Shown piece by piece: positions 17,489-26,724 of a DNA stretch of 64,000 nt. The stretch lies in contig CASDTH010000045.1 of the NCBI GenBank assembly GCA_949283655.1, positions 12,228-76,227 of the forward strand. The letters are read 5' to 3'. Source of the stretch: an uncultured bacterium. GTDB lineage: Bacteria > Bacillota > Clostridia > Oscillospirales > Acutalibacteraceae. The notes beneath the pieces were generated by a model. The model made no database searches. It saw nothing but the letters and a program-made list of their open reading frames with translations, and had not been told where the DNA came from. The number at the start of each line of letters is the position of its first letter. Position 1 is the first letter of the stretch. The translations under genes were made by a program, and so were the position numbers.

Positions 17489-18328
17489 ATGTTTCGCGTC
17501 ATCTGTGTTGCTATCGGCTATGCTTTTGGCTGTTTTCAAACCGCTTATCTGATCACGCGCCACAAAATTGCGCAGGATATCCGCGATTTTGGAACGGGAA
17601 ATATGGGCACCGCAAATGTAACCCAAACGCTAGGCCCAAAGGCCGGGCTAATTACGCTACTCGCTGACGTTTTAAAAACCTTTATCGCCTGCTACCTCTG
17701 CGGTCTGATTTTTCCCGGCCAGCCGGACGAGCTCGTTATTATCTACACGGGCGCGGGCGTTACGCTGGGGCATGATTTTCCCTTTTGGCTGAAATTCAAG
17801 GGCGGGAAGGGCGTCGCCGTTACCATCGCTATGCTTCTGTTGCTGGATAATCACCTGCTTGCCATCTCTTTCTGGTCCGTCCTGCTGGCCTTTTTATGCA
17901 GCAAGCGGTTGGTAATGGCTGTAGTCGCTCTCTGCATCACCTACCCGGTTGCCATGTTTTTCTATGGTTATCGGGTAGAAACCATGGTGGTTGCAAGCCT
18001 ACTGGCCTGCCTGATTATTGTGCTGCACCGCAGCAGCTTCCGCAAAGAGGTGAAAGTTGAGGAAGATTACCGGGCGGAATATCAAAACCTTGGCAAAAAC
18101 ATCGCTTACTACCGGGAGCAAAAGCATCTGGAGCCCCGCGACCTTGCGCTAAGCGCTAAGCTGAGCGAAAGTGTCCTACGCGAGCTGGAAGGGGAGGAAA
18201 TCAAGCTAGCTCCGTCGCTTGACGCGTTGTTTCACCTGGCAAGAGCGCTGGATGTCCCGGCCTCGGCACTGCTTGCTCCCGCACCCAAAAACGAAGGCGA
18301 ACAGCCGAAGGATACGGATACTCCGTAA
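17489..18328 (+). CDS. plsY: PlsY-family glycerol-3-phosphate acyltransferase fused to a C-terminal XRE-type HTH domain
   Basis: Residues 1-190 carry PlsY motifs (DIRDFGTGNMGTANV, KAGLITLLADVLKT, LGHDFPFWLKFKGGKGVAV). Residues ~197-262 read LGKNIAYYREQKHLEPRDLALSAKLSESVLRELEGEE..LDALFHLARALDVP, an HTH_XRE pattern. RBS AGGAGAGGG. Confidence 0.8.
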   Translation: MFRVICVAIGYAFGCFQTAYLITRHKIAQDIRDFGTGNMGTANVTQTLGPKAGLITLLADVLKTFIACYLCGLIFPGQPDELVIIYTGAGVTLGHDFPFWLKFKGGKGVAVTIAMLLLLDNHLLAISFWSVLLAFLCSKRLVMAVVALCITYPVAMFFYGYRVETMVVASLLACLIIVLHRSSFRKEVKVEEDYRAEYQNLGKNIAYYREQKHLEPRDLALSAKLSESVLRELEGEEIKLAPSLDALFHLARALDVPASALLAPAPKNEGEQPKDTDTP

Positions 18329-18429
18329 CCGGCTGCCACCCGCCTTTTCACAAAGTTGCCCTTGTATCCTTGCGCGGCAGAAGGCATGTGATGTTTTTCA
18401 TTTTTATGTATTAGTGTTTTTTACCAAGC

Positions 18430-18476
18430 AAAAAGGGGAATGCCCTGCCTCTCTCCGGCAGGCATTCCCCTTTTTC
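18430..18476. terminator. Bidirectional terminator between plsY-like and ogt
   Basis: A-tract, then GGGGAATGCCCTGCC (18435-18449) pairing with GGCAGGCATTCCCC (18457-18470), then TTTTT. Confidence 0.8.
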
Positions 18477-18505
18477 ATATCGTTCTTCTTCTCCTTTTGC
18501 TGGTT

Positions 18506-19042
18506 TCATAGCGCTGTCCCTCTTTGGGGGACGGTAAACAGGCTGATATCCACTTTTTCCAAAGCCAACAGCTGCGCTTTTTTCCCGATGCCGCCTGCGT
18601 ATCCGGTCAGGCTTCCGTTTGTGCCGACGACTCTGTGGCAGGGCACAATGATAGAGATTCCATTGCGCCCCACCGCGTTCCCAACCGCCTGAGCAGACAT
18701 ATGCGGCAGCCCTCTTTTTGCGGCGAGCCGCTTTGCAAGTTCTCCATAAGACACTGTTTGCCCGTATGGAATGGTGCAAAGCAGCGCCCACACCTCTTTT
18801 TGAAACGCTGTCCCGATCATATGCAGCGGGATGCAGCTCTTCGGCTCCTCTCCAGAAAAATAAACAGTCAGCCATTGCTTCACCGCCTCAAACAATGGAA
18901 TCTCCTTTTCCTCCCGCTCCTGATCGAGGGTGCAGGCAAAATATTTTTGCCCCTCAAACCATAAGCCGGTTAAACCAATTGAATCGGCCGCTAAAAGAAT
19001 GCGGCCAATGGGCGATTCATAATGGCTGATAAACTGCATCAC
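18506..19042 (-). CDS. ogt: Methylated-DNA--protein-cysteine methyltransferase
   Basis: 178 aa with the active-site IVPCHRVVG motif. GGAGG RBS. Confidence 0.9.
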   Translation of the reverse strand: MMQFISHYESPIGRILLAADSIGLTGLWFEGQKYFACTLDQEREEKEIPLFEAVKQWLTVYFSGEEPKSCIPLHMIGTAFQKEVWALLCTIPYGQTVSYGELAKRLAAKRGLPHMSAQAVGNAVGRNGISIIVPCHRVVGTNGSLTGYAGGIGKKAQLLALEKVDISLFTVPQRGTAL

Positions 19043-19090
19043 AATCCTCCGTGTGAAAACGCCGGAGAGCCGGCTTTCTGCTCTCTCATT

Positions 19091-19771
19091 TTATTGGGTG
19101 CGGCGTTTTTTCTCTTTCGGCGCATAATCCCTCATCCCGGGGACCGCGCCGCCCGCTACGGCCCAAAGGTACAGGCTGGCAACGCTGCAATAGGGACTAA
19201 AGCGCCTGCGGTATTTTTCAAACAGCTTTCGGTCAATTCCCCTGTGGTGATAAACCATGCGCAGCCCGCGCTGGATGGCCAAATCGTCAAAGCTAAAGAT
19301 ATTGGGGCGCTGCAAGCAGAAAAGCAAGATCATCTCCGCCGTCCACACGCCGATGCCCTTTAGAGAGGCCAACGCCTGAATCGCCTCTGTATCCGGCATT
19401 TGAGAGATACCCTGCAAATCAAGCGCTCCGCTTTGCACCTTGCCGGCAAACGCCTTGATATATTCCGCTTTGCGGAATGTGATGCCAAAGGCCTGTAATT
19501 CCGAGCTGCACGCTGCGGAAATATTTGCTGCATTCACTTCCCCAAGCCCGTCTTGCATCCGCTGCCAGATTGTCGCCTGCGCCTTGGTCGATATTTGCTG
19601 CCCGATGATGTGGTGCACCACAGCGGAAAATAAATCCGCATCCACTTCACGATCCACATGGCCTACCTGATCGATTACCTCACCTAAACGTTTATCCTTG
19701 CTTTTCAGGTATTCCACTTCAGCGCTGCCATATTGGAAATACAATCGATATCCCTCCCGCCGCCTTTGCAT
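19091..19771 (-). CDS. alkA: DNA-3-methyladenine glycosylase II family (HhH-GPD)
   Basis: 226 aa. LKGIGVWTAEMILLF helix-hairpin-helix and a downstream FSFDDLAIQRGL catalytic Asp region. Confidence 0.85.
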   Translation of the reverse strand: MQRRREGYRLYFQYGSAEVEYLKSKDKRLGEVIDQVGHVDREVDADLFSAVVHHIIGQQISTKAQATIWQRMQDGLGEVNAANISAACSSELQAFGITFRKAEYIKAFAGKVQSGALDLQGISQMPDTEAIQALASLKGIGVWTAEMILLFCLQRPNIFSFDDLAIQRGLRMVYHHRGIDRKLFEKYRRRFSPYCSVASLYLWAVAGGAVPGMRDYAPKEKKRRTQ

Positions 19772-19858
19772 CCTTGTTTCTCCTATCTCTTCTATTCTAT
19801 CATAAAAAGAAAAGCGGCGCTACGATCCTCCGCCGGATGATTGAATCTGAGAAGCGCT

Positions 19859-19908
19859 GAAAAAACGGGTTGTTTTCCAAACGCGTATTGCAAATGGAAA
19901 ACAACCCG
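19859..19908 (-). terminator. Rho-independent terminator of the histidine kinase gene
   Basis: 13-bp stem CGGGTTGTTTTCC (19866-19878) pairing with GGAAAACAACCCG (19896-19908), with a U-tract on the minus strand (A-run 19860-19865). Confidence 0.8.
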
Positions 19909-19934
19909 CTGTATTTACCTGCGGCCTGCGCCTT

Positions 19935-22412
19935 TCATGCCTGCGCCGCTTTATCGCGCGCGTTTGATGCGTCGGTATCCAAAGGCAACCGCACGACCGC
20001 CTTAAACAAATCTCCATCCAACGAAATCTCCAGCGTGCCTCCCTGCAATTCGCACAGGCTTTGCGCAATGGAGAGGCCCAGCCCGCTGCCCTCCGTGCTG
20101 CGGGAGGCGTCCCCGCGCACAAAGCGCTGCGTCAGCTGCTCAACCGGCACATCAAGCGGATCTCGAGAAATATTTTTGATGGAAAAAACGCCAAACCCAT
20201 TCTCCGTGCCCACATCAATATAAACCCGCGTGCCCGCCAGCGCATATTTTTTCACATTGCTGATCAGATTATCGATGATGCGCCAGGTCTTCTGGCTGTC
20301 CGCATGGAGCACTGGCTCCCCTTCCGGTTTGTTTAGCCGGATCTCCAGTCCGGCGCCCGCCAGCGCATCCTCATTTTCGCCCACCGCCTGCATGGTGAGC
20401 TCGTAGAGGTTCACCTTGACGAATTGTAGCTTTACATTGCCCGTCGTCGCCTTAGAGGCCTCCACCAGATCTTCAATCAACCGCTTGAGCCGGGCGCTTT
20501 TCTCCTCCAGCACAGTGATGTATTCCCGCGCCGTCACATCTGAAAGATCACATTTTTTGAGCAGGTCTACATAATTGACGATTGCGGTCAGCGGCGTTTT
20601 CAGGTCGTGGGAAACATTGGTAATCAGCTCCGTCTTCATGTGCTCGCCCTTGATTGCCTCGTTAACGGCGGTGCGCATCCCCTCCTGCACGCCAGCAATA
20701 TCCTCCCCAAATTTGCGCAGCATTCGCGGCATCTTCGCGGGGTTGAGCGGATAGTTGAGATCCCCCTGCCGCATCCTGTCAGCGGCAGTCATCATCTCAT
20801 CCAGCGCGATCACACTCCTCCAAAACAGAATCAAAGCCAGGAGGTTAAACAGCGCCGTCGCCCCGCCCAAGAGGAGGAAAGTGAATGGATCGCCAGCGTG
20901 GATCGAAATCATCGTCAGACCAACCAGCACAACATTGGCCACCAAGTAACCGGCAAACAGCAGCAGGATTGTCGCACGCAAATTCTCCAGCCGGTGCCGG
21001 GGCAGGGCATGCTCCTGAATATCCTTCTTCACCGAATGGAGCGCTCTTTTCAGGCGCCTACTGCTCCTGCCCAGGGCCCGAACGAGCATCGCAATCAGCG
21101 TGTTGCGCCAAAAGCGCCTGCACCGGATATTACGCGCCACACTCGTTATCCACTCAATGGCCACTGCGCCCGCGCCAACCGCGCACACAACGCCGGAGAG
21201 TTCCGCAAGCCACCTGAAAACCCCCGTCACGTTTGCACCCCAATCAGGGCATGCCACGGCCCACGAAACGCCCAAAACCGCCAGCGTCCAGGCCAGCACC
21301 AGATGCAGGTCGTTGGGGATGCGATCCACCCACAGCAGGGCGGCCCCCTCCTCCCCGGCGCACAGCCCAGCCACAGCGGTCAAATAGACAGTCAGAATGA
21401 AATAAACCGCCAGGCAGGCCGCAGCAGCCGCCAGCATGGCGGGCAGCTCTTCCTTCGCCTGCTCAAACCGGGTGTAGAGCCCGTAATAAATATCCTCTGT
21501 CGTCCCGTCATTGCTCAACACAAGCTCATCATTCAGGGCGATGTAAACATCCCACCCCTGGTTGACGAACGCCTGCTCATACAGCGCAATGCGGCTACTG
21601 TATTGGCTGAACCAATGGCTGATGCGCACGGTCATAGCGTCATCATACAGCATCCATCCCGTTGTGTCCTCCACGCGCTCGCCGCTGTGGTAGCCGGAGG
21701 CCTGTGTATAGGTCTCATACCATTTGTAGCTCTCCATGATCTGCTGCAAATCCATGTTCTTTGCATCCGGCAGGTTGGTAAAAGCCTCGCCCGTCTCCCG
21801 GTTGATGAAGGCGTAGTGCAGGTTCGCAAGGCTCGCAAGCTCCTTCTTTGCCGTGCGGTATTCCTCGCCGAAGCTGCTGCGCAGCGTATCAAGCTGTGCT
21901 TCATATTCCTGCCGGCACCGGCTGCGGACTTCCTCCTCCTCCTGCGCTGTCAGCATAACCCCTCCGCTCTGATCTGCCGTTGTGCTGGAGGGTGCGCCAG
22001 TGGTTTCCAGCGTATCTGCCATGCCCGAATCGTATTGCGCAAGCTCCGCCGCTTTTTGCCTGCGGGCGTCCTCCAGCTCCTCTTTCAGATCCGCCTCGTA
22101 TTTCTCCTTGAGCCGCTGCTCCTGCCTGCGCAGTGATTCCCCGCTGCGCATCTCCTCCTCCGAGCCGTAGGTGAAGATCATCTGCTGAATGTAATATAGC
22201 TCCCCTGCCAGCTGCTTTTGAAACGCATTGCTGCCGGTAAAACCGCTGCTCTCCTCCAAAATCAGGGAGTCCAGCGTGCCGCCGAGATCGGCCATCAGTG
22301 ATACGGCCCGGTAGGTTGAAGCCGCCGCCCCACCCATTGCAATCAGGGCGAGCAGCAGGGCGCAAGCCTTCGCCCATCGGGATTTAAGAAAGCTTTTCGA
22401 TTTTATAGCCAA
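19935..22412 (-). CDS. Sensor histidine kinase with a large N-terminal extracytoplasmic/multi-TM sensor region
   Basis: 825 aa. The C-terminus has the HisKA H-box ITNVSHDLKTPLTAI and HATPase N/G boxes (DNLISNVKKYA, GSGLGLSIAQ). It overlaps the upstream RR gene by 29 nt. Confidence 0.9.
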   Translation of the reverse strand: MAIKSKSFLKSRWAKACALLLALIAMGGAAASTYRAVSLMADLGGTLDSLILEESSGFTGSNAFQKQLAGELYYIQQMIFTYGSEEEMRSGESLRRQEQRLKEKYEADLKEELEDARRQKAAELAQYDSGMADTLETTGAPSSTTADQSGGVMLTAQEEEEVRSRCRQEYEAQLDTLRSSFGEEYRTAKKELASLANLHYAFINRETGEAFTNLPDAKNMDLQQIMESYKWYETYTQASGYHSGERVEDTTGWMLYDDAMTVRISHWFSQYSSRIALYEQAFVNQGWDVYIALNDELVLSNDGTTEDIYYGLYTRFEQAKEELPAMLAAAAACLAVYFILTVYLTAVAGLCAGEEGAALLWVDRIPNDLHLVLAWTLAVLGVSWAVACPDWGANVTGVFRWLAELSGVVCAVGAGAVAIEWITSVARNIRCRRFWRNTLIAMLVRALGRSSRRLKRALHSVKKDIQEHALPRHRLENLRATILLLFAGYLVANVVLVGLTMISIHAGDPFTFLLLGGATALFNLLALILFWRSVIALDEMMTAADRMRQGDLNYPLNPAKMPRMLRKFGEDIAGVQEGMRTAVNEAIKGEHMKTELITNVSHDLKTPLTAIVNYVDLLKKCDLSDVTAREYITVLEEKSARLKRLIEDLVEASKATTGNVKLQFVKVNLYELTMQAVGENEDALAGAGLEIRLNKPEGEPVLHADSQKTWRIIDNLISNVKKYALAGTRVYIDVGTENGFGVFSIKNISRDPLDVPVEQLTQRFVRGDASRSTEGSGLGLSIAQSLCELQGGTLEISLDGDLFKAVVRLPLDTDASNARDKAAQA

Positions 22413-23076
22413 TCCCCCACACCACCTTTAAATATTTTGGCTCCTTTGGATTGATTTCGATCTTTTCACGAATGCGCCGGATGTGCACCGTCACCGTTTT
22501 TTCGCTGGAGTAGGAGGGCTCATTCCACACCGCTTCATAGATCTGCTGGGTGGAGAGCACATGCCCGAGGTTGCGCATCAGGTATTCCACAATGCCGTAT
22601 TCCCGCGCCGTGAGGCGCACGGGCTCTCCATCCAGCGTCAGCTCCTTGGCTACGGTGTCCAGCACCAGTCCGCCGGTGATGATCGTGCCCTCTTTTTTTT
22701 CAATGCTTCCCAGCCGCACATACCGCCTGATCTGGGATTTCACGCGCGCCATCAGCTCCAGAGGATTAAAGGGCTTTGTCACATAGTCGTCCGCGCCAAA
22801 GCTCAGGCCTGTGATTTTATCCGTATCCTCGCTTTTGGCTGAGAGCAGAATGATCGGGAAATTGTGCTTTTCCCGCATTTTCAATGTGGCGGTCAGGCCA
22901 TCGATATTCGGCATCATAATATCCAGGATCACACAGTGGATTTCCGTCGTTTCCACCGCCTGGAGCGCCTCCCGCCCATTTGTGGCGCGAATGGTGTGGT
23001 AGCCCTCCAGATTCAAATAAATCTCCACCGAATCCAGAATTGCCTTATCATCATCGCAAACCAGTATGTTGTACAT
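22384..23076 (-). CDS. OmpR/PhoB family response regulator
   Basis: 230 aa. Receiver domain (ILVCDDD.., ILDIMMPNIDG, LSAK) and a winged-helix C-terminus (VWGIGYKI). Confidence 0.9.
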   Translation of the reverse strand: MYNILVCDDDKAILDSVEIYLNLEGYHTIRATNGREALQAVETTEIHCVILDIMMPNIDGLTATLKMREKHNFPIILLSAKSEDTDKITGLSFGADDYVTKPFNPLELMARVKSQIRRYVRLGSIEKKEGTIITGGLVLDTVAKELTLDGEPVRLTAREYGIVEYLMRNLGHVLSTQQIYEAVWNEPSYSSEKTVTVHIRRIREKIEINPKEPKYLKVVWGIGYKIEKLS

Positions 23077-23230
23077 ATAAACGGCTCCCTCCCACTTTCA
23101 GCTCCCCCTGTTTACCCGGCAGCTAGGCTGAACGCTTGTGCTTCTGTCACCGGCTATCCAAAAGCATAGCAGGCGATTGTTACATTTCAGGGGGAAAAAT
23201 TCTTACGAATTGCTTACAATTTTCTTCTTT

Positions 23231-24961
23231 TCACTCACGGAACTGGTAGCGGTACAGCTCGGCGTATAACCCTCCCTGCGCCAGCAGCGCTTCATGCGTG
23301 CCGCGCTCTTGGATGCCCTGCTCTGTGAAAACGATAATCTCATCGGCCTTTTTGATGGTGGAAAGCCGGTGTGCAACGATCAGCGACGTCCTTCCACGCG
23401 CCAACTCCTCCAGCGATTGCTGGATCAGCATTTCCGTCGCATTATCCAGCGCAGAGGTCGCCTCATCCAAAATTAAAATGGATGGGTTCTTCAAAAACAC
23501 CCGCGCAATGGAGATGCGCTGCTTCTGCCCGCCGGAGAGCTTCACGCCGCGCTCGCCGATATACGTATCGTAACCATCCGGCAGCGTTAAAATGTAATCA
23601 TGGATCTTTGCTTTTTTCGCCGCCTCTATGATTTCCTGTTCGGAGGCATCCAATTTTCCATAGGCAATGTTCTCCCGGATGCTGCCGGTGAATAAAAAGA
23701 CATCCTGCGCAACCATGCCGATATTCCGCCGCAGGGAGTTGCGCGTCATTGCTGTGATATCCTGCCCGTCAATCAGGATCCGGCCGGCATTCACCTCATA
23801 AAAGCGGGGGATCAGGTGGCAGAGCGTTGTCTTACCGCCGCCGGACGGGCCGACGAGCGCGACGGTTGTTCCCTGCTTGATATGCAGGCTCAAATCCCGG
23901 ATGACATACCGGCCGCCGTCCCCCTCTTTTTCCCCACCATAGTGAAAGCTGACATGGTCAAAATCAATCGTGCCGGCAAGCGTGCCGGCATCTACTGCAT
24001 TCGGGGCTTCCGGCTCCTCCTGCTGCGCAAGCAGCTCCTCCACCCGCTGAAAACCCGTGATACCGTTTTGATATTGTTCAAAAAAGGCCACAAACCGCTT
24101 GATCGGGTTTAAAAAGGAGTTGACATATAGCAGGTAGGCTGCAAACTCGCCCGCATCAATCCACCCCTGAAAGAAAAACGCGCCGCCGGCCACCAGCACA
24201 AGCAAATAGAGTAAATCCGTAAACAGCGTGCTGCCCGTGGTAAACACCGCCATAATGCGGTAAGCAATGCTGCGCGCAGTGACGAAGCGCTGGTTCTGCC
24301 TCTCCAGCTTTTCAATTTCATGCGACGCGCCGGTGTACGCGCGGGAAACGCGGATGCCGGAGATCGCGTTTTCCAGCCCGGCGTTTACCTCCGCAATCTC
24401 TTCGCGTGATTTTCGAAAGGCCTCCTTCATATTCCTGCGTAGCCGCATGGAAAAATAAATGATAAAAGGTAGCGTTAAAAAAATAATCAGCGTCAGAGGC
24501 ACATTGATCGTGCAGAGGATTCCAAAGGAAGCCGCCAGCATGACCAGAGATAAAAACAGATCCTCCGGCCCGTGGTGGGCAAGCTCCGCAATATCCATTG
24601 AATCATTGATAATGCGGGACATAATGCTGCCCGTCTTATTTTCATCGAAAAAGGCAAAGGGCAGCCGCTGTAATCTGCGAAATACATCCCGGCGCATATC
24701 CGCCTGAATGCGCACGCCCACAATATGGCCATAATAGTTGACAAAATAGTTGAATCCGGCCTTGAGCAGATAAATCCCCAAAAGCACGGCCGACCAAATC
24801 AGCAGTAATCTTAAATTTCTGTTTGGAACATAATCATTAATGATATCCTTGGCGATCATCGGGTAAAACAAATCGCACACCGCCAGCAAAAATGCAAAAA
24901 ACAGATCCGCAAGAAAGAGCCTGCGGTGCGGTTTGTAATATGCGGCAAAACGGCGCAGCAT
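23231..24961 (-). CDS. ABC exporter, fused permease/ATPase (MsbA/ABCB type)
   Basis: Six-TM domain plus NBD with GPSGGGKTT, LSGGQKQRISIAR and ILILDEATSALD. ATG 24961 (MLRRFAAYYKPH) is preferred over the track start at 25000. Confidence 0.9.
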   Translation of the reverse strand: MLRRFAAYYKPHRRLFLADLFFAFLLAVCDLFYPMIAKDIINDYVPNRNLRLLLIWSAVLLGIYLLKAGFNYFVNYYGHIVGVRIQADMRRDVFRRLQRLPFAFFDENKTGSIMSRIINDSMDIAELAHHGPEDLFLSLVMLAASFGILCTINVPLTLIIFLTLPFIIYFSMRLRRNMKEAFRKSREEIAEVNAGLENAISGIRVSRAYTGASHEIEKLERQNQRFVTARSIAYRIMAVFTTGSTLFTDLLYLLVLVAGGAFFFQGWIDAGEFAAYLLYVNSFLNPIKRFVAFFEQYQNGITGFQRVEELLAQQEEPEAPNAVDAGTLAGTIDFDHVSFHYGGEKEGDGGRYVIRDLSLHIKQGTTVALVGPSGGGKTTLCHLIPRFYEVNAGRILIDGQDITAMTRNSLRRNIGMVAQDVFLFTGSIRENIAYGKLDASEQEIIEAAKKAKIHDYILTLPDGYDTYIGERGVKLSGGQKQRISIARVFLKNPSILILDEATSALDNATEMLIQQSLEELARGRTSLIVAHRLSTIKKADEIIVFTEQGIQERGTHEALLAQGGLYAELYRYQFRE

Positions 24962-25118
24962 TCTAACATCCTCCCCCTCATTGATAAAGCATCCATACAA
25001 TCAAAAAAAGAGTACCACGCCTACGCCGGAAATTCAACTTCTTCCGAAAAAAGCGGCAAACCCATATGCCCTTTTCTTCAGCTCTCGACGTGTTTCTGCA
25101 ATTGTGGTAAGATAGAGT

Positions 25119-25236
25119 TCAGATATTAGCCTTCAGATGTCAGTGATCAGGCGGGGAAGGCGCCCGCCTCTGCAGCGGGGCCGACAGCGGCTCCTGAATG
25201 AAGCCTGTGGGCTGCAATCTGACGTCTGTAATCTGC
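25119..25236. repeat. Small palindromic element related to the S modules (YAGAY tracts)
   Basis: The left arm TCAGATATTAGCCTTCAGATGTCAGTGATCAG and right arm CAATCTGACGTCTGTAATCTG are inverted relative to each other. They share AGATGTCAG with 52134 and 53289. Confidence 0.5.
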
Positions 25237-25284
25237 CTTCGGGCCGGGGCCTTTGCCGCCGCCTGAACGCACGGAGGGATTTTT

Positions 25285-26649
25285 ATGAGCCATACCATTG
25301 CCGCCATTGCAACGCCGCAGGCGGCCGGCGGCATCGGCGTGATCCGCATCTCGGGCCCTGAGGCCCTCCAGGTAGCGGATCAGGTTTTTCGCGCTGCGGA
25401 CGGCCGGCTGCTCTCACAGTCCAAAGGGTATCATGCGCATTTCGGCAGGGTTTTCAATATGGATGGCCCCATAGATGAAGCGATCGCCCTGGTTTTTCGC
25501 GCGCCGCATAGCTATACGGGGGAGGATGTTGTGGAGCTCTCCTGCCATGGCGGCCTTTTTTTGATGCAACAGGCGCTTCGCGCTGTGTTTTGCGCAGGCG
25601 CTTCCCCCGCCGGCGCAGGCGAGTTTACAAAGCGCGCCTTTTTAAATGGAAAGCTGGATTTGACGCAGGCGGAATCGGTCATGAGCCTGATCGGCGCGCA
25701 GGGCGGGCAGGCTGCACGCGCCGCGCTGAGCGCGCACGACGGCGCTCTGAGCCGCGAAATTCGCAGGCTCTCCCAATCACTGATCAAAGCTGCCGCGCAT
25801 ATGGCTGCGTGGGCGGACTATCCGGAGGAGGAGCTCCCCGAGCTGCGGCTGGATGCGCTCGCCGGGGATTTTGACGCTGCAAAGCAAACGCTCTCCGCCC
25901 TGCTTGCGCGCTTCGATGCTGGCCGCGCCGTCACACAGGGTGTGGATACCGTGATCGCCGGGCGGCCTAACGTGGGCAAATCCACCTTGATGAACCTGCT
26001 CGCCGGGGGAGAGCGCTCTATCGTCACCTCCTATGCTGGGACGACGCGAGATATTGTGGAGGAAACCGTCCGCCTGGGCGACCTGCTCCTCCACTTAGCC
26101 GATACCGCCGGCTTGCGTGAAACGGAAGACCCTGTGGAGCGCATCGGCGTCTCCCGCGCAAGGCAGCGGCTGGAGCGGGCGCAGCTGATCCTCGCCGTGT
26201 TCGACGCCAACGAGCCGCTCACCGGGGAGGATTTTCAGCTACTGGATGCCTGCCAGGGTCGCCCCTGTGTGGCGGTCGTCAACAAATCCGATCTACCGCA
26301 GCAGCTGGATGTGGCGCCGGTGCGGGCTGCCGTGCCGGAAACCGTTTTTCTCTCCGCCGCGCAGGGCGGCGGCTATGAAGCACTGTGCGCCGCTGCCGCG
26401 CGTGTTTTAGGCACGGAGGGCTTCGATCCGGCCGCCCCGCTTCTCGCCACAGAGCGCCAGCGGGATTGCTGCCGCCGGGCACTGGCCTGTCTGGAGGAAG
26501 CGCTGGAGGCCATTACGTCCGGCATAACGCTGGATGCCGTCACGGTCTGCACAGATGGCGCAATCGCCGCCCTTTTGGAGCTGACGGGGGAAAAAGCAAA
26601 CGAGGCGATTGTGGACGAGGTGTTTTCCTCCTTCTGCGTCGGGAAATAA
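25285..26649 (+). CDS. mnmE: tRNA modification GTPase MnmE
   Basis: 454 aa. IAAIATP.. N-terminus, G1 GRPNVGKSTLMN, and the C-terminal CVGK motif. Confidence 0.95.
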   Translation: MSHTIAAIATPQAAGGIGVIRISGPEALQVADQVFRAADGRLLSQSKGYHAHFGRVFNMDGPIDEAIALVFRAPHSYTGEDVVELSCHGGLFLMQQALRAVFCAGASPAGAGEFTKRAFLNGKLDLTQAESVMSLIGAQGGQAARAALSAHDGALSREIRRLSQSLIKAAAHMAAWADYPEEELPELRLDALAGDFDAAKQTLSALLARFDAGRAVTQGVDTVIAGRPNVGKSTLMNLLAGGERSIVTSYAGTTRDIVEETVRLGDLLLHLADTAGLRETEDPVERIGVSRARQRLERAQLILAVFDANEPLTGEDFQLLDACQGRPCVAVVNKSDLPQQLDVAPVRAAVPETVFLSAAQGGGYEALCAAAARVLGTEGFDPAAPLLATERQRDCCRRALACLEEALEAITSGITLDAVTVCTDGAIAALLELTGEKANEAIVDEVFSSFCVGK

Positions 26650-26724
26650 GCAATCCCTTGCGCCCTCCCTATGCAGAAAGCAAAGCACGGATTTTATATA
26701 TTTGCCTTTTATGGGGGAATTTGT

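Noticed and set aside
20607-22136. 509-aa plus-strand ORF
   Set aside because: It is a shadow ORF antisense to the histidine kinase gene in GC-rich DNA. The product is rich in H/Q/R/P with no motifs, whereas the minus-strand product has clear HisKA/HATPase motifs.
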